Positions 27,286-36,146 of a stretch of DNA of 36,146 nucleotides are shown here, one piece after another. The translations under genes and the position numbers were made by a program. Location of the stretch: NCBI GenBank assembly GCA_041192505.1, contig JBEEMV010000185.1:1-36146 (forward strand). Direction: 5' to 3'. This DNA is from Bacteroidota bacterium. Its GTDB lineage: Bacteria > Bacteroidota > Bacteroidia > Chitinophagales > CAIODY01. Position 1 is the first letter of the stretch, and the number at the start of each line of letters is the position of its first letter. The notes beneath the pieces are model-generated. The model had not been told where the DNA came from, did not search any database, and saw only the letters and a list, made by a program, of their open reading frames with translations.

Positions 27286-30282
27286 TTACCGCTCTACACT
27301 CCATTTTTTCGAAATAACATTTCCATTCTCTGTCATACATTTTACTAAATAAATACCAGCAGCAAAGCTTAAAGTATTGATTGTTGTGGTATTTGAAGTA
27401 ATATTATTTTTAACGAAAATTAATTGCCCTTGCATGTTATACAATTCAATGTTTTTCAAATTTCTATTCGAAATCCATTTAACAATTAGTTGCGATGCAT
27501 CATTATCATGTGTAATAATTAAGTTTTCATTTTCATCTATTTTACGCTCTATGCCCGATGCTGTGGTAATGATTACTGTATCTAAAAATATGGCTGCACA
27601 ATTTCCATTTTGAGCCGTAAGTGTGATGGTAAACATTCCATTTTTTGTATAGTTATGAATGGGGTGCTGAACTGTACTTTGTGTGCCATCGCCAAACGAC
27701 CAATTATACGAAGTAGCGCCAGAGCTTTGATTGGTAAAGGTTACGGCAGTGCCTATTTTTGCAAAAATAAATTTAGCAGTAGGCAATGGGTTTACATTAA
27801 TAATATTAGCAGCTGATGAAACACAATTATTATCACTCACATTTAAGGTTACATTTTTTGAACCAGGTAAACTCCAATTAATTTGATAAGGGCCAGCGCC
27901 ATTGCCCGATGCTATGTTGCCGCCGCCAAATGTCCAAGTATAAATAGCCGTACCCGATGTAGTACCTGAGTAAGCAATGATAGAATTATAACCCACACAA
28001 ATATTGCTTACATAAGAAAAGTTAGCATTGGGTGTTTGCGTTATCGTTAACGAATCTAAATAAGTACGAGTGCCTAAAGTATTGCTAACAGTAAGGCTTA
28101 CAAAGTGCTTACCTGCTTTTGAATAGGCTATAGTAGGATTTTGATTTGGCGATGATGGTTGGCTGGCAAAGCCATCAAAATTCCATTGCCATGATGTAGG
28201 ATTGTTTTTCGAACTATCTATAAAGTGTATAGAATCGGCTGTACAAAACCCTGTAAGCGGTATTTTAAAATAGGCAATTGGCCCAAGATAAACGCAGCTT
28301 CCATCATCTATTTTAGCTAACGAATTATAATTTGTCATAGCGGCATTTGTACATCCTTGGCAGTTTAGCATTTTAAAAGCATCTAATTTGCCATAACCCC
28401 ATACATTGTTTGGTAAAGCGGTGCCTGTAAAATTATCAGTTGCTACGCAAGTGGTTAATGAAGCTTTTGCATCATTCCAATTGGCTGTTGGTCGTTTTTG
28501 AAAATATAAAGCAACTGCGCCACTAACGCATGGTGCGGCGGCCGATGTGCCTTTATGTGGCCCATGTAAAGTATCAACCGAAATTGAATTTGGGTTATTT
28601 GTTTTTGCCCAATTTAACCAATACAAATCATTGGCAGCTAATGTCCATTCGCCCGAAGCTGAAATATCTGGCTTGTTTAAACCCAATCGTGTAGGGCCTT
28701 TGCTGCTTGTTGGGTAGTGATTACCCACCGTATGAGCATCGCAATTATTTACATTACCTTGCCATGTTGTATAATTATTTCTATTCAAATAATTGCCTAC
28801 CGAAATTAATTTTGAAGAGCAATTCCAAGTACCTACAATTGTTTGTTCGGTATCGGGCATCATATAGTGTGATATGTCAGGTAATTGAGCTGTGGTAGGT
28901 AATCCTGTATACATTATGGCTGAACTTCCTGTATAATTTGGATGGCTCCATACATCAAATTTTCCTGTGCCTTTGGTCATAAACCGCCAGGTGTAATTAG
29001 TTACAGAATCTACATACACACCAAAGTACATAAAGTAATGTCCGTTTTGTTTTTCGCAATACGATTCTAAAATGCCCAATCGCTGCCCACTATTGTTTTT
29101 TATGGTATCGTATTTTGTAAATAATGTTTGCGAACTCATTTGATAATCACTCATCACATTCATCCAGTTGGTTCTGTTTCTATGATTAAATGATGGCGAA
29201 GTAACATCGGCTCCCACAGCAAAATAAGCATTATTCCAATCGGCATAATCGCTAAATAATTCGAAGTAAGCCACATATTTTCCACCACCTATTCCAAAAG
29301 AATTAAAATAAGTATATGCCGAATCGCTTGGTAGGTTATAACCTAAGTGCATATACTTTCCACCCGAATTGCCTGCCGAAGCTACAAAGGCTCTGCCGCT
29401 TTGCGCTGTTACTAAATTTTCGATGGCTTGTGTTGCTAAATCTGTAGCATCGTGTGAACCATTGTAAGTACCAAGGCTGGCATTAATTACACAAGGCTTA
29501 CCTAATGCGGCTGCTTTGGCAAAGCAATAAGCAGCGCCATCTGCTACACACGATTCAAAACTATTGCCCGTAATACCATTAAAATCTATGGCTACAAATA
29601 TTAAATCGGCATTGGGCGCAATGCCTCTATAATTGCTATGTTGCTGGCTATTGCCACAAGCCACACCGGCCGTTAATGTACCATGGCCATAAAAATTTTG
29701 TGGCGGTGTATGCGTACAGTTCCCATTATTAATAGCTGTGCTATCCCAATCTTTACCATAGCCAAATGGCGATGGATGAAGGCTTCCAGCGGTATCAATT
29801 TGGCTCCATAAATATTTTATTCTTGTATTTCCATTGGGGCGTTTAAAATCGGGGTGATGAAAATCTAAACCCGAATCTAAAAAGCCAATAATAATGCCTG
29901 TGCCATCGTAAGCCTGTGGCAATGGTGCTGTACCTGCCTGAACAGCAACTACATTGTTGTTGGTGTTGGCTTGGTCTTCCATAGTATAGCCGCTATAATA
30001 GGGGCGTTGAACGCTTTCATAAAAATCGCTTTTTAAAAAATTATCGTATTGGTTAGCAGGGATAATAATGGATGAAATATTGCCTGCATTAAATTTAAAT
30101 ATGCCGCCCATTTGTTTTACAATGGCTTTTGTTTTTTCTACATCGCCTTTTACAAATAATGAAATGTTTTTGGGCGTTGGTTTGTAACCATTAAATTGCT
30201 TGGCAAAATGAGGGTGTAATTGGGCAAACAAAAAAGTGTGGCAACACAATATGAATACAATGGAAAGAAAATGTTTTTTCAT
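27286..30282 (-). CDS. S8 subtilisin-family serine peptidase with PKD domains and T9SS CTD
   Basis: Catalytic motifs FLDSG, GHGTLTAG, SAGNSG, GTSAAAP, WGYGKLD; PKD motifs WNFDG, WTFGG, WSFGDG; CTD GIYLVK. Start at MKKHF (30282). Confidence 0.92.
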   Translation of the reverse strand: MKKHFLSIVFILCCHTFLFAQLHPHFAKQFNGYKPTPKNISLFVKGDVEKTKAIVKQMGGIFKFNAGNISSIIIPANQYDNFLKSDFYESVQRPYYSGYTMEDQANTNNNVVAVQAGTAPLPQAYDGTGIIIGFLDSGLDFHHPDFKRPNGNTRIKYLWSQIDTAGSLHPSPFGYGKDWDSTAINNGNCTHTPPQNFYGHGTLTAGVACGNSQQHSNYRGIAPNADLIFVAIDFNGITGNSFESCVADGAAYCFAKAAALGKPCVINASLGTYNGSHDATDLATQAIENLVTAQSGRAFVASAGNSGGKYMHLGYNLPSDSAYTYFNSFGIGGGKYVAYFELFSDYADWNNAYFAVGADVTSPSFNHRNRTNWMNVMSDYQMSSQTLFTKYDTIKNNSGQRLGILESYCEKQNGHYFMYFGVYVDSVTNYTWRFMTKGTGKFDVWSHPNYTGSSAIMYTGLPTTAQLPDISHYMMPDTEQTIVGTWNCSSKLISVGNYLNRNNYTTWQGNVNNCDAHTVGNHYPTSSKGPTRLGLNKPDISASGEWTLAANDLYWLNWAKTNNPNSISVDTLHGPHKGTSAAAPCVSGAVALYFQKRPTANWNDAKASLTTCVATDNFTGTALPNNVWGYGKLDAFKMLNCQGCTNAAMTNYNSLAKIDDGSCVYLGPIAYFKIPLTGFCTADSIHFIDSSKNNPTSWQWNFDGFASQPSSPNQNPTIAYSKAGKHFVSLTVSNTLGTRTYLDSLTITQTPNANFSYVSNICVGYNSIIAYSGTTSGTAIYTWTFGGGNIASGNGAGPYQINWSLPGSKNVTLNVSDNNCVSSAANIINVNPLPTAKFIFAKIGTAVTFTNQSSGATSYNWSFGDGTQSTVQHPIHNYTKNGMFTITLTAQNGNCAAIFLDTVIITTASGIERKIDENENLIITHDNDASQLIVKWISNRNLKNIELYNMQGQLIFVKNNITSNTTTINTLSFAAGIYLVKCMTENGNVISKKWSVER

Positions 30283-30488
30283 TTCTACAGTTTTAATTAG
30301 CAATAAAATTAAGATTAATTATCAGTTGTAAAAATTTAGTTTTTAAATGAACAAAACAATAAGTTAAAATACTTAGCAATGGATATACTGGGCAGTTGGC
30401 GAACTGTTTAAAGTTTGCCAAACTTCTAATGCGTAATTCATATTAAACATTGTTGATTGTATTTATACAATTTTCATTTTCTTATTTT

Positions 30489-30496
30489 TACATTTG
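30489..30496 (+). promoter_or_regulatory. Bacteroidota -7 promoter element (TACATTTG)
   Basis: Exact consensus ending 19 nt before ATG 30516. Confidence 0.65.
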
Positions 30497-30515
30497 AAAT
30501 CTGAAAATCATTTGC

Positions 30516-33287
30516 ATGAAAAATAAATTACATCTTTTACTATTGGTTTTAATGGTAGCATCTGCATTCTGCGGTTATTATCATGCTCAACAAAAACCAA
30601 TTATTCGTTTGCCATTTGAAGCTAATGAAACTGGCGAACGGGAAGAAGTAAAAGAATGGGAAGAAGCCATGCTTGCCGATCCTGCAACAGGCGAAATACC
30701 CGAAGGCATTACTTTTTTAGAAAGACAATTTTCGCAACAATTTTTACAACAAGCATTTGCTAAATCAAAAGGCAATAAACAATTAGAACAGTGGCAAAAT
30801 CGTGGTCCATGGAATGTTGGAGGCAGAACAAGAGCATTTGCTATTGATATTACTAATGATTCTGTTTTTTTTGCTGGTGGTGTTTCGGGTGGTTTATGGC
30901 GTAGTAAGGATAGAGGAAATAATTGGCTGAGAGTTACCGACAAACATCATAACCCCGATGTAGTAGCCATTGCACAAGATACAAGAGCAGGACATACAAA
31001 TACTTGGTATTATAGCACAGGCGAATGTTTGGGAACATCGGCAAGTGGTGGAAGTGCATTTTATTTGGGCGATGGAATTTTCAAATCAACTAATGGTGGT
31101 TTAACTTGGGATTCGCTTACAACAACCAGTACAGGCAATCCTCAAGGGCCTTATCAATCATTTCAACTTACTTATAATTTAATTACCAATCATGCCAATA
31201 AAACGCAAGATGAATTGATGTATTGTTCGCTTTACTATGGCGCTTTTAGAAGCGTTGATGGTGGTGCTACATTTACACAAGTATTAGGTTCGGGGCAAAA
31301 TTGTGGTTATGAATCGGATATTGCAGTTGATACCAATGGTGTTTATTATGCTACATCCAGCTCGGATGCAAGCTCGGTTAAAGGAATTTTTAGAAGTACC
31401 AATGGAACAACTTTTACAAATATTACACCTCCAAATTTTCATACCACTTATGGTTTAACAAAAATTGGTATCAATCCATCTAACCCAAATGAAGTTTATT
31501 TTTTAGTTGCCGAGGCTGATACATTAGGATTAAAAACTACTAATGTTTGGGGCGATATTGAATACACAGGATTATGGAAATATACTTATGTAAGTGGCAA
31601 TGGAAGCGGCGCTGGCGGTACTTGGATTAATCTTTCACAAAATTTACCACAAGGTTTATTGAATTTTGATGGCTTTCATTCGCAAGGTGGTTATAATCTT
31701 TTAGTAAAAGTTCATCCTACACTGCCCAACACTGTTTTTATTTGTGGTACAAATATTTATCGTTCAACAAATGGCTTTGCAACCAATACACAAACCAAGC
31801 AAATTGGTGGCTATGCTATCGGAACACAATTGGCTACATTTCAGGTTTATTTAAATCATCATCCCGATCAACATGATTTTTGGTTCTTGCCTTCAAACCC
31901 TTCCATAGCTTATAGTGCATGCGATGGCGGTGTTTATCAAACCAATAATTGCATGGCTTCAACAGTGGCTTGGAACAGATTAAACAATGGCTATTTAACC
32001 ACTCAATTTTATTCTGTTTTGTTGCATCCCGATTATCAAAAAGATATTATTTTAGGAGGTTTGCAAGATAATGGTGTGTATTGGAACAATTCAAGCAATC
32101 CGAAAGCTGCATGGAAAATGCCTTTCAATGGCGATGGAAGTCATTTAGATATTAGTAACGATGGCAACACTTATTACCTTTCTATTCAACAAGGAAAAAC
32201 AATTAAAGCCACTTTAGATAATACAGGCGCTATTACACAATTTGCTCGTATCGATCCAAAATTTGCCAAACGAGATGATTATCAGTTCATCAATCAATTT
32301 GTAGTAGATAAGGCAGATGATAAAATAATGTACATGCCAGCTGGTAGAAAATTATTTAGAAATGATGATTTGAATGGAATTCCGTTTGCAGGCAATCGTG
32401 ATTCTATTGCTACAAATTGGATTCAATTTCCAGATACATTAAAAGGTACAAATGAATTTACTGCCATTGCTTGTTCAAAAACAGGACACACTTTGTATGT
32501 AGGTACTAAAACGAAAAAAGTGTACAGAATAGATAATGCAAATACTGGCTTGCCAAATATGACCGACATTACAGGTTCGTTTCCTTCTGCATTTGTAAAC
32601 TGTATTGCAATTGACCCTACGGATGCAAAAAAAGTAGTGGTAGTGTTTTCAAATTATAATACCTACAGTATTTTTTATTCTGTAGATGGTGGTGATAACT
32701 GGATACGTTGTTCGGGTAATTTAGAAACATCGGTAAGTGGCTCTGGCACAGGGCCATCGGTAAGATGGATTTCGATAATGCCTTATCAAGGACACATGAA
32801 ATATTTTGCAGGCACAAGCATTGGTTTATTCAGTGCCGATTCATTAACACTACATGATGTATCAAATGCAGGCACACAATGGACAATGGAAGGTGTAAAC
32901 GAAATTGGAAACACAATTGTACCTTATATTCAAATTCGTGAAGCAGACAATATGGTGGCTGTAGCTACCCATGGTAGCGGTGTTTTCACTATTCATTATG
33001 GTTGGAATGTAGGCGTAGGCGAAATTGAAAATACAGCCAGCGATATAATTGTATATCCAAATCCATCAAATGATTTTGTAAAATTAAATTGGAATAGTAA
33101 TGTTGCAGCCGAAATAAAAATGCAATTGTTTGATATTTCGGGCAAGCAAATTTTTATAAAATCAATTCATTCATTAATGGGAAAAAATACTGAAACTATT
33201 GATGTGAAAGGTTTTACAGCAGGCACATACTTTCTAAATATGAATGATGGCAAAAATAATTTCAACAAAAAAATAATTATTCAATAA
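30516..33287 (+). CDS. BNR/Asp-box beta-propeller protein (VPS10/GH74-like) with T9SS CTD
   Basis: [10 protein letters not shown], repeated S.D/NGG.TW Asp boxes, HPDQH, GGLQDNG, ATHGSGV, VYPNPS...GTYFL...KKIIIQ. Confidence 0.88.
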   Translation: MKNKLHLLLLVLMVASAFCGYYHAQQKPIIRLPFEANETGEREEVKEWEEAMLADPATGEIPEGITFLERQFSQQFLQQAFAKSKGNKQLEQWQNRGPWNVGGRTRAFAIDITNDSVFFAGGVSGGLWRSKDRGNNWLRVTDKHHNPDVVAIAQDTRAGHTNTWYYSTGECLGTSASGGSAFYLGDGIFKSTNGGLTWDSLTTTSTGNPQGPYQSFQLTYNLITNHANKTQDELMYCSLYYGAFRSVDGGATFTQVLGSGQNCGYESDIAVDTNGVYYATSSSDASSVKGIFRSTNGTTFTNITPPNFHTTYGLTKIGINPSNPNEVYFLVAEADTLGLKTTNVWGDIEYTGLWKYTYVSGNGSGAGGTWINLSQNLPQGLLNFDGFHSQGGYNLLVKVHPTLPNTVFICGTNIYRSTNGFATNTQTKQIGGYAIGTQLATFQVYLNHHPDQHDFWFLPSNPSIAYSACDGGVYQTNNCMASTVAWNRLNNGYLTTQFYSVLLHPDYQKDIILGGLQDNGVYWNNSSNPKAAWKMPFNGDGSHLDISNDGNTYYLSIQQGKTIKATLDNTGAITQFARIDPKFAKRDDYQFINQFVVDKADDKIMYMPAGRKLFRNDDLNGIPFAGNRDSIATNWIQFPDTLKGTNEFTAIACSKTGHTLYVGTKTKKVYRIDNANTGLPNMTDITGSFPSAFVNCIAIDPTDAKKVVVVFSNYNTYSIFYSVDGGDNWIRCSGNLETSVSGSGTGPSVRWISIMPYQGHMKYFAGTSIGLFSADSLTLHDVSNAGTQWTMEGVNEIGNTIVPYIQIREADNMVAVATHGSGVFTIHYGWNVGVGEIENTASDIIVYPNPSNDFVKLNWNSNVAAEIKMQLFDISGKQIFIKSIHSLMGKNTETIDVKGFTAGTYFLNMNDGKNNFNKKIIIQ

Positions 33288-33292
33288 ATAAT

Positions 33293-33949
33293 ATGGCATT
33301 AGATAAATTTCAAATAGCAAAACGCATAGCACAAGAATTACAAGATGGGTATTATGTAAATCTTGGCATTGGTATTCCAACCTTGGTAAGCAATTATATT
33401 CCTGAAGGAATAAGTGTAATGTTTCAAAGCGAAAATGGTATTTTAGGAATGGGCCCATACCCAACCGAAGATGCTGTGGATGCAGATTTGATAAATGCTG
33501 GAAAAGAAACTGTAACGGTTGTACCAGGTGGTGCATTTTTCGATTCGGCTGAAAGCTTTGGAATGATACGGGCTGGAAAGGTTGATTTAACAGTGCTTGG
33601 GGCAATGGAAGTAAGCGAACATGGCGATATAGCCAATTGGAAAATACCGGGTAAAATGGTAAAAGGAATGGGTGGCGCAATGGATTTAGTAGCATCAGCC
33701 AAAAATATTATTGTGGCTATGATGCACACAAATCCAAAAGGCGAAAGCAAAGTTTTACCAGCATGTACATTGCCATTAACAGGTGTAAAATGTGTGAAAA
33801 GAATTGTATCAGATTTATGTGTGATGGATGTAACACCAAATGGTTTTAAATTGATAGAACGTGCACCAGGTGTAAGTGTTGAAGAAATAAAATCGAAAAC
33901 ATTAGGCAAATTAATAGTAGAAGGCGAAATACCAGAAATGAAATTATAA
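33293..33949 (+). CDS. scoB: 3-oxoacid CoA-transferase subunit B
   Basis: [15 protein letters not shown] (catalytic Glu), [24 protein letters not shown]. Confidence 0.93.
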   Translation: MALDKFQIAKRIAQELQDGYYVNLGIGIPTLVSNYIPEGISVMFQSENGILGMGPYPTEDAVDADLINAGKETVTVVPGGAFFDSAESFGMIRAGKVDLTVLGAMEVSEHGDIANWKIPGKMVKGMGGAMDLVASAKNIIVAMMHTNPKGESKVLPACTLPLTGVKCVKRIVSDLCVMDVTPNGFKLIERAPGVSVEEIKSKTLGKLIVEGEIPEMKL

Positions 33950-34573
33950 TTGGCATTTAACCATATACATATTGAACATTTAAGCGATGCCGAATTGGTA
34001 TTGCAATACAAGCAAAGCGGCGATGATGCCTTTTTTGTTGAGTTGTATCAACGCTATACGCATTTGGTTTTGGGTACTTGCATTAAGTATTTAAAAAGCG
34101 AAGCCGCTGGCAAAGATGCGGTAATGGATATTTTCGAAAAACTATTAACCGATTTAAAACGGCATGATGTACAACATTTTAAATCGTGGTTGTATATGGT
34201 TTCAAAAAATCATTGCTTGATGCAATTAAGAAAGAAAGGCGATAATTTTGTGCCGATTGATTTAATCAAAACTTCATCAGATAGTTTTGTGGAAACTGCC
34301 GAGCAACAGCATCTGAATTTGCACACAAAAGATGCAGAAGAAAAAAAACTACATGAAGCCATTTTACAATTAAATGAGGAGCAAAAAGTTTGTGTAGAAA
34401 TGTTTTACTTAAATAATAAATGCTATCAGGAAATAGCTGATACAACTGGGTTTACATTAAATCAAGTAAAAAGTTATATTCAAAATGGTAAACGAAATTT
34501 GAAAATATATTTAGAAAAAAATGCGGTTAAATCTTCGGGTTTATTGCTTTTGATGATTGAATTATTAAAATAA
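33950..34573 (+). CDS. ECF-family sigma-70 factor
   Basis: Region 2 (LYQRY..LV...DAVMDIF...FKSWLY....NHC) and region 4 (L..EQ......FY......Y.EIA......VKS.IQNGKRNLK); TTG start abuts the scoB stop. Confidence 0.92.
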   Translation: MAFNHIHIEHLSDAELVLQYKQSGDDAFFVELYQRYTHLVLGTCIKYLKSEAAGKDAVMDIFEKLLTDLKRHDVQHFKSWLYMVSKNHCLMQLRKKGDNFVPIDLIKTSSDSFVETAEQQHLNLHTKDAEEKKLHEAILQLNEEQKVCVEMFYLNNKCYQEIADTTGFTLNQVKSYIQNGKRNLKIYLEKNAVKSSGLLLLMIELLK

Positions 34574-35740
34574 ATGGCAGAACAATACAAACATATTTTT
34601 TCTTCAAATGATGATGTACAGTGCATTAGCGCCGAGCAAATGAAATTGTATGTTCAAAATTTATTATCGCCCATTGAAAAACGTACTATTGAAAATCATT
34701 TATTAGAATGTGAATTTTGTAATGATGCGGTAGAAGGTTTAAAGCAAAGCAATTTTCAAGAATACAACAAAGTTCTTACTACTTTAAATAAAGAATTTAG
34801 AAGACGGAAACGAAACACCAGCCGTTTAAAAATTTTATACAGCCCTTGGAAAGTTACAGCCGTAGCAGCTTCCGTTTGTTTTTTATTAATTGGTACAGGT
34901 ATTTATTTCGATTTATTTTTAAATACTCGATTTCAAAATGTGGCACAAAATATCGAAAGTTTAAGTTCGCAAATTGGGCAATTAGCTAACTTGAATAAAA
35001 GCGAAAAGAAAGATACAGTAACTATTTTTAAAGAAGCCGTAATCGAAAATAATAACCTAAGCCAACCTACTGCAACCGATGATTTAACACCACCGATTGT
35101 AAACGAAGAAGCTGAAAAATTAGATTCAGTAGAAAAATCAGTAGCCGTAGCCGAAGATGTTACCAAAGATTTATCATTTGAGAATAAACCTACCGAAACC
35201 ATTGCAATGGCTGATGTTGAAGATGATGCAGTAAAAGTGGCAAGCAAAAAACCAATGGTAGAGAAAAAGGCAAAAGCTGAAGTTGATGTAAATAAAGAGG
35301 CTATTACAAAAACTGGAGCATCGCAAACATTCTCATCTTCGCCTGCTTCTGTTTCAAATATTAGTGTTTCAAATTTTGATAAAAATGCATCTTCATCCGA
35401 AAAAGCCGAGGGAATTAATTTGCTAAAAAATAAAAATTATACAAAAGCAATTTCGGTATTAAATACAGCAGCGGTTAAAGAACCACAAAATTTTGAAGTA
35501 AAATATTATTTAGGATTGAGTCATTATTTATCGGGCAATTATATTGAAGCCATTAAACAATTTGATTTTATAATGCTAAGTAATAATCAACAATGGTACG
35601 AAATAGCCCGATACCAAAAGGCTTTGGCGCATTTAAAAATAAATGATACCATTACTGCTAAAAATATATTTGATCAAATTATTTCGGAAAATGGAAAGTT
35701 TGCTAACGATGCTCAAAAGCAATTGGAAGAAATAAAATAA
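34574..35740 (+). CDS. Putative anti-sigma factor: zinc-binding ZAS motif, TM helix, C-terminal TPR
   Basis: HLLECEFC (HxxxCxxC), TM VTAVAASVCFLLIG, TPR-like YYLGLSHYLSGNY.EAI..F; directly coupled to the ECF sigma gene. Confidence 0.8.
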   Translation: MAEQYKHIFSSNDDVQCISAEQMKLYVQNLLSPIEKRTIENHLLECEFCNDAVEGLKQSNFQEYNKVLTTLNKEFRRRKRNTSRLKILYSPWKVTAVAASVCFLLIGTGIYFDLFLNTRFQNVAQNIESLSSQIGQLANLNKSEKKDTVTIFKEAVIENNNLSQPTATDDLTPPIVNEEAEKLDSVEKSVAVAEDVTKDLSFENKPTETIAMADVEDDAVKVASKKPMVEKKAKAEVDVNKEAITKTGASQTFSSSPASVSNISVSNFDKNASSSEKAEGINLLKNKNYTKAISVLNTAAVKEPQNFEVKYYLGLSHYLSGNYIEAIKQFDFIMLSNNQQWYEIARYQKALAHLKINDTITAKNIFDQIISENGKFANDAQKQLEEIK

Positions 35741-35842
35741 TTCGGTGTGATTGAAATTTAATTCTACTCCAATTTAATCTTCTGTATTGATTTCAATTTT
35801 TATTGTTCGATATTTTGAAATCATAAATTCATACTAAACTTG

Positions 35843-35850
35843 TACATTTG
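35843..35850 (+). promoter_or_regulatory. Bacteroidota -7 promoter element (TACATTTG)
   Basis: Exact consensus followed by C, ending 25 nt before ATG 35876. Confidence 0.7.
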
Positions 35851-35875
35851 CGGCTTATTCAAAAATAATTAATCA

Positions 35876-36146
35876 ATGAAATTTTCTACCAAAGCCATTC
35901 ACAACGGGCAAAAACCAGATGCTACTTCGGGTGCGATTATTCCGCCTATTTACATGACTTCAACTTATGTGCAAGAAAGCCCTGGTAACACCAAAGGCTA
36001 CGATTATACAAGAGCTGGAAACCCCAATTTTACTAACTTAGAAGAGGCTTTGGCATCATTAGAAGAAGGAAAATATGCAACCATTTTTTCATCAGGATTA
36101 GGAGCGATTACAGCATTAATTTCTACTTTGAAAAGTGGCGATAAAG
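35876..36146 (+). CDS. Cystathionine gamma-synthase/lyase family PLP enzyme (3' truncated by window edge)
   Basis: Not in the ORF track. Manual translation MKFSTKAIHNGQKPDATSGAIIPPIYMTSTYVQESPG..KGYDYTRAGNPN...LE..LASLE.G....FSSGLGAI is a trans-sulfuration signature. Confidence 0.92.
   Translation, partial: MKFSTKAIHNGQKPDATSGAIIPPIYMTSTYVQESPGNTKGYDYTRAGNPNFTNLEEALASLEEGKYATIFSSGLGAITALISTLKSGDK

Noticed and set aside
33234-34011. Antisense ORFs of 153 and 195 aa (and other short antisense or out-of-frame ORFs in the track)
   Set aside because: They are shadows of well-supported genes on the other strand or frame, with no recognisable motifs.

Overview
AT-rich Bacteroidota chromosomal window, identified by TAnnTTTG -7 promoter motifs and several T9SS-cargo genes. 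In order it holds: kdpE-kup-hypothetical-porin (potassium uptake) with a KdpE-box-like repeat, an NlpC/P60-like protein, an MFS transporter, a Tat-exported glycosylasparaginase, tRNA-Phe(GAA) followed by a decayed GIY-YIG stub, a PepSY-like protein, a T9SS protein, a TonB-dependent receptor, two tandem paralogous large PKD/T9SS proteins, DUF3822-rsmD-rimM-LTA synthase, a pRiA4b ORF3-like gene, a Gfo/Idh/MocA and PtmA-like SDR pair split by a small GIY-YIG nuclease cassette, an S8 protease, a BNR beta-propeller T9SS protein, scoB, an ECF sigma/anti-sigma pair and a partial trans-sulfuration enzyme. The most striking signal is the ~101-aa GIY-YIG gene enclosed by a perfect 25-bp inverted repeat. 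The same 25-mer (24/25) recurs in frame inside the T9SS C-terminal domains of both large paralogues, as part of a REP-doublet-like insert. An unrelated 81-bp MITE-like element with 17-bp terminal inverted repeats sits in frame in the LTA synthase gene. Together these suggest a nuclease-associated palindromic-repeat system whose repeats are absorbed into proteins. All family assignments come from motif recognition by eye; no searches were run.
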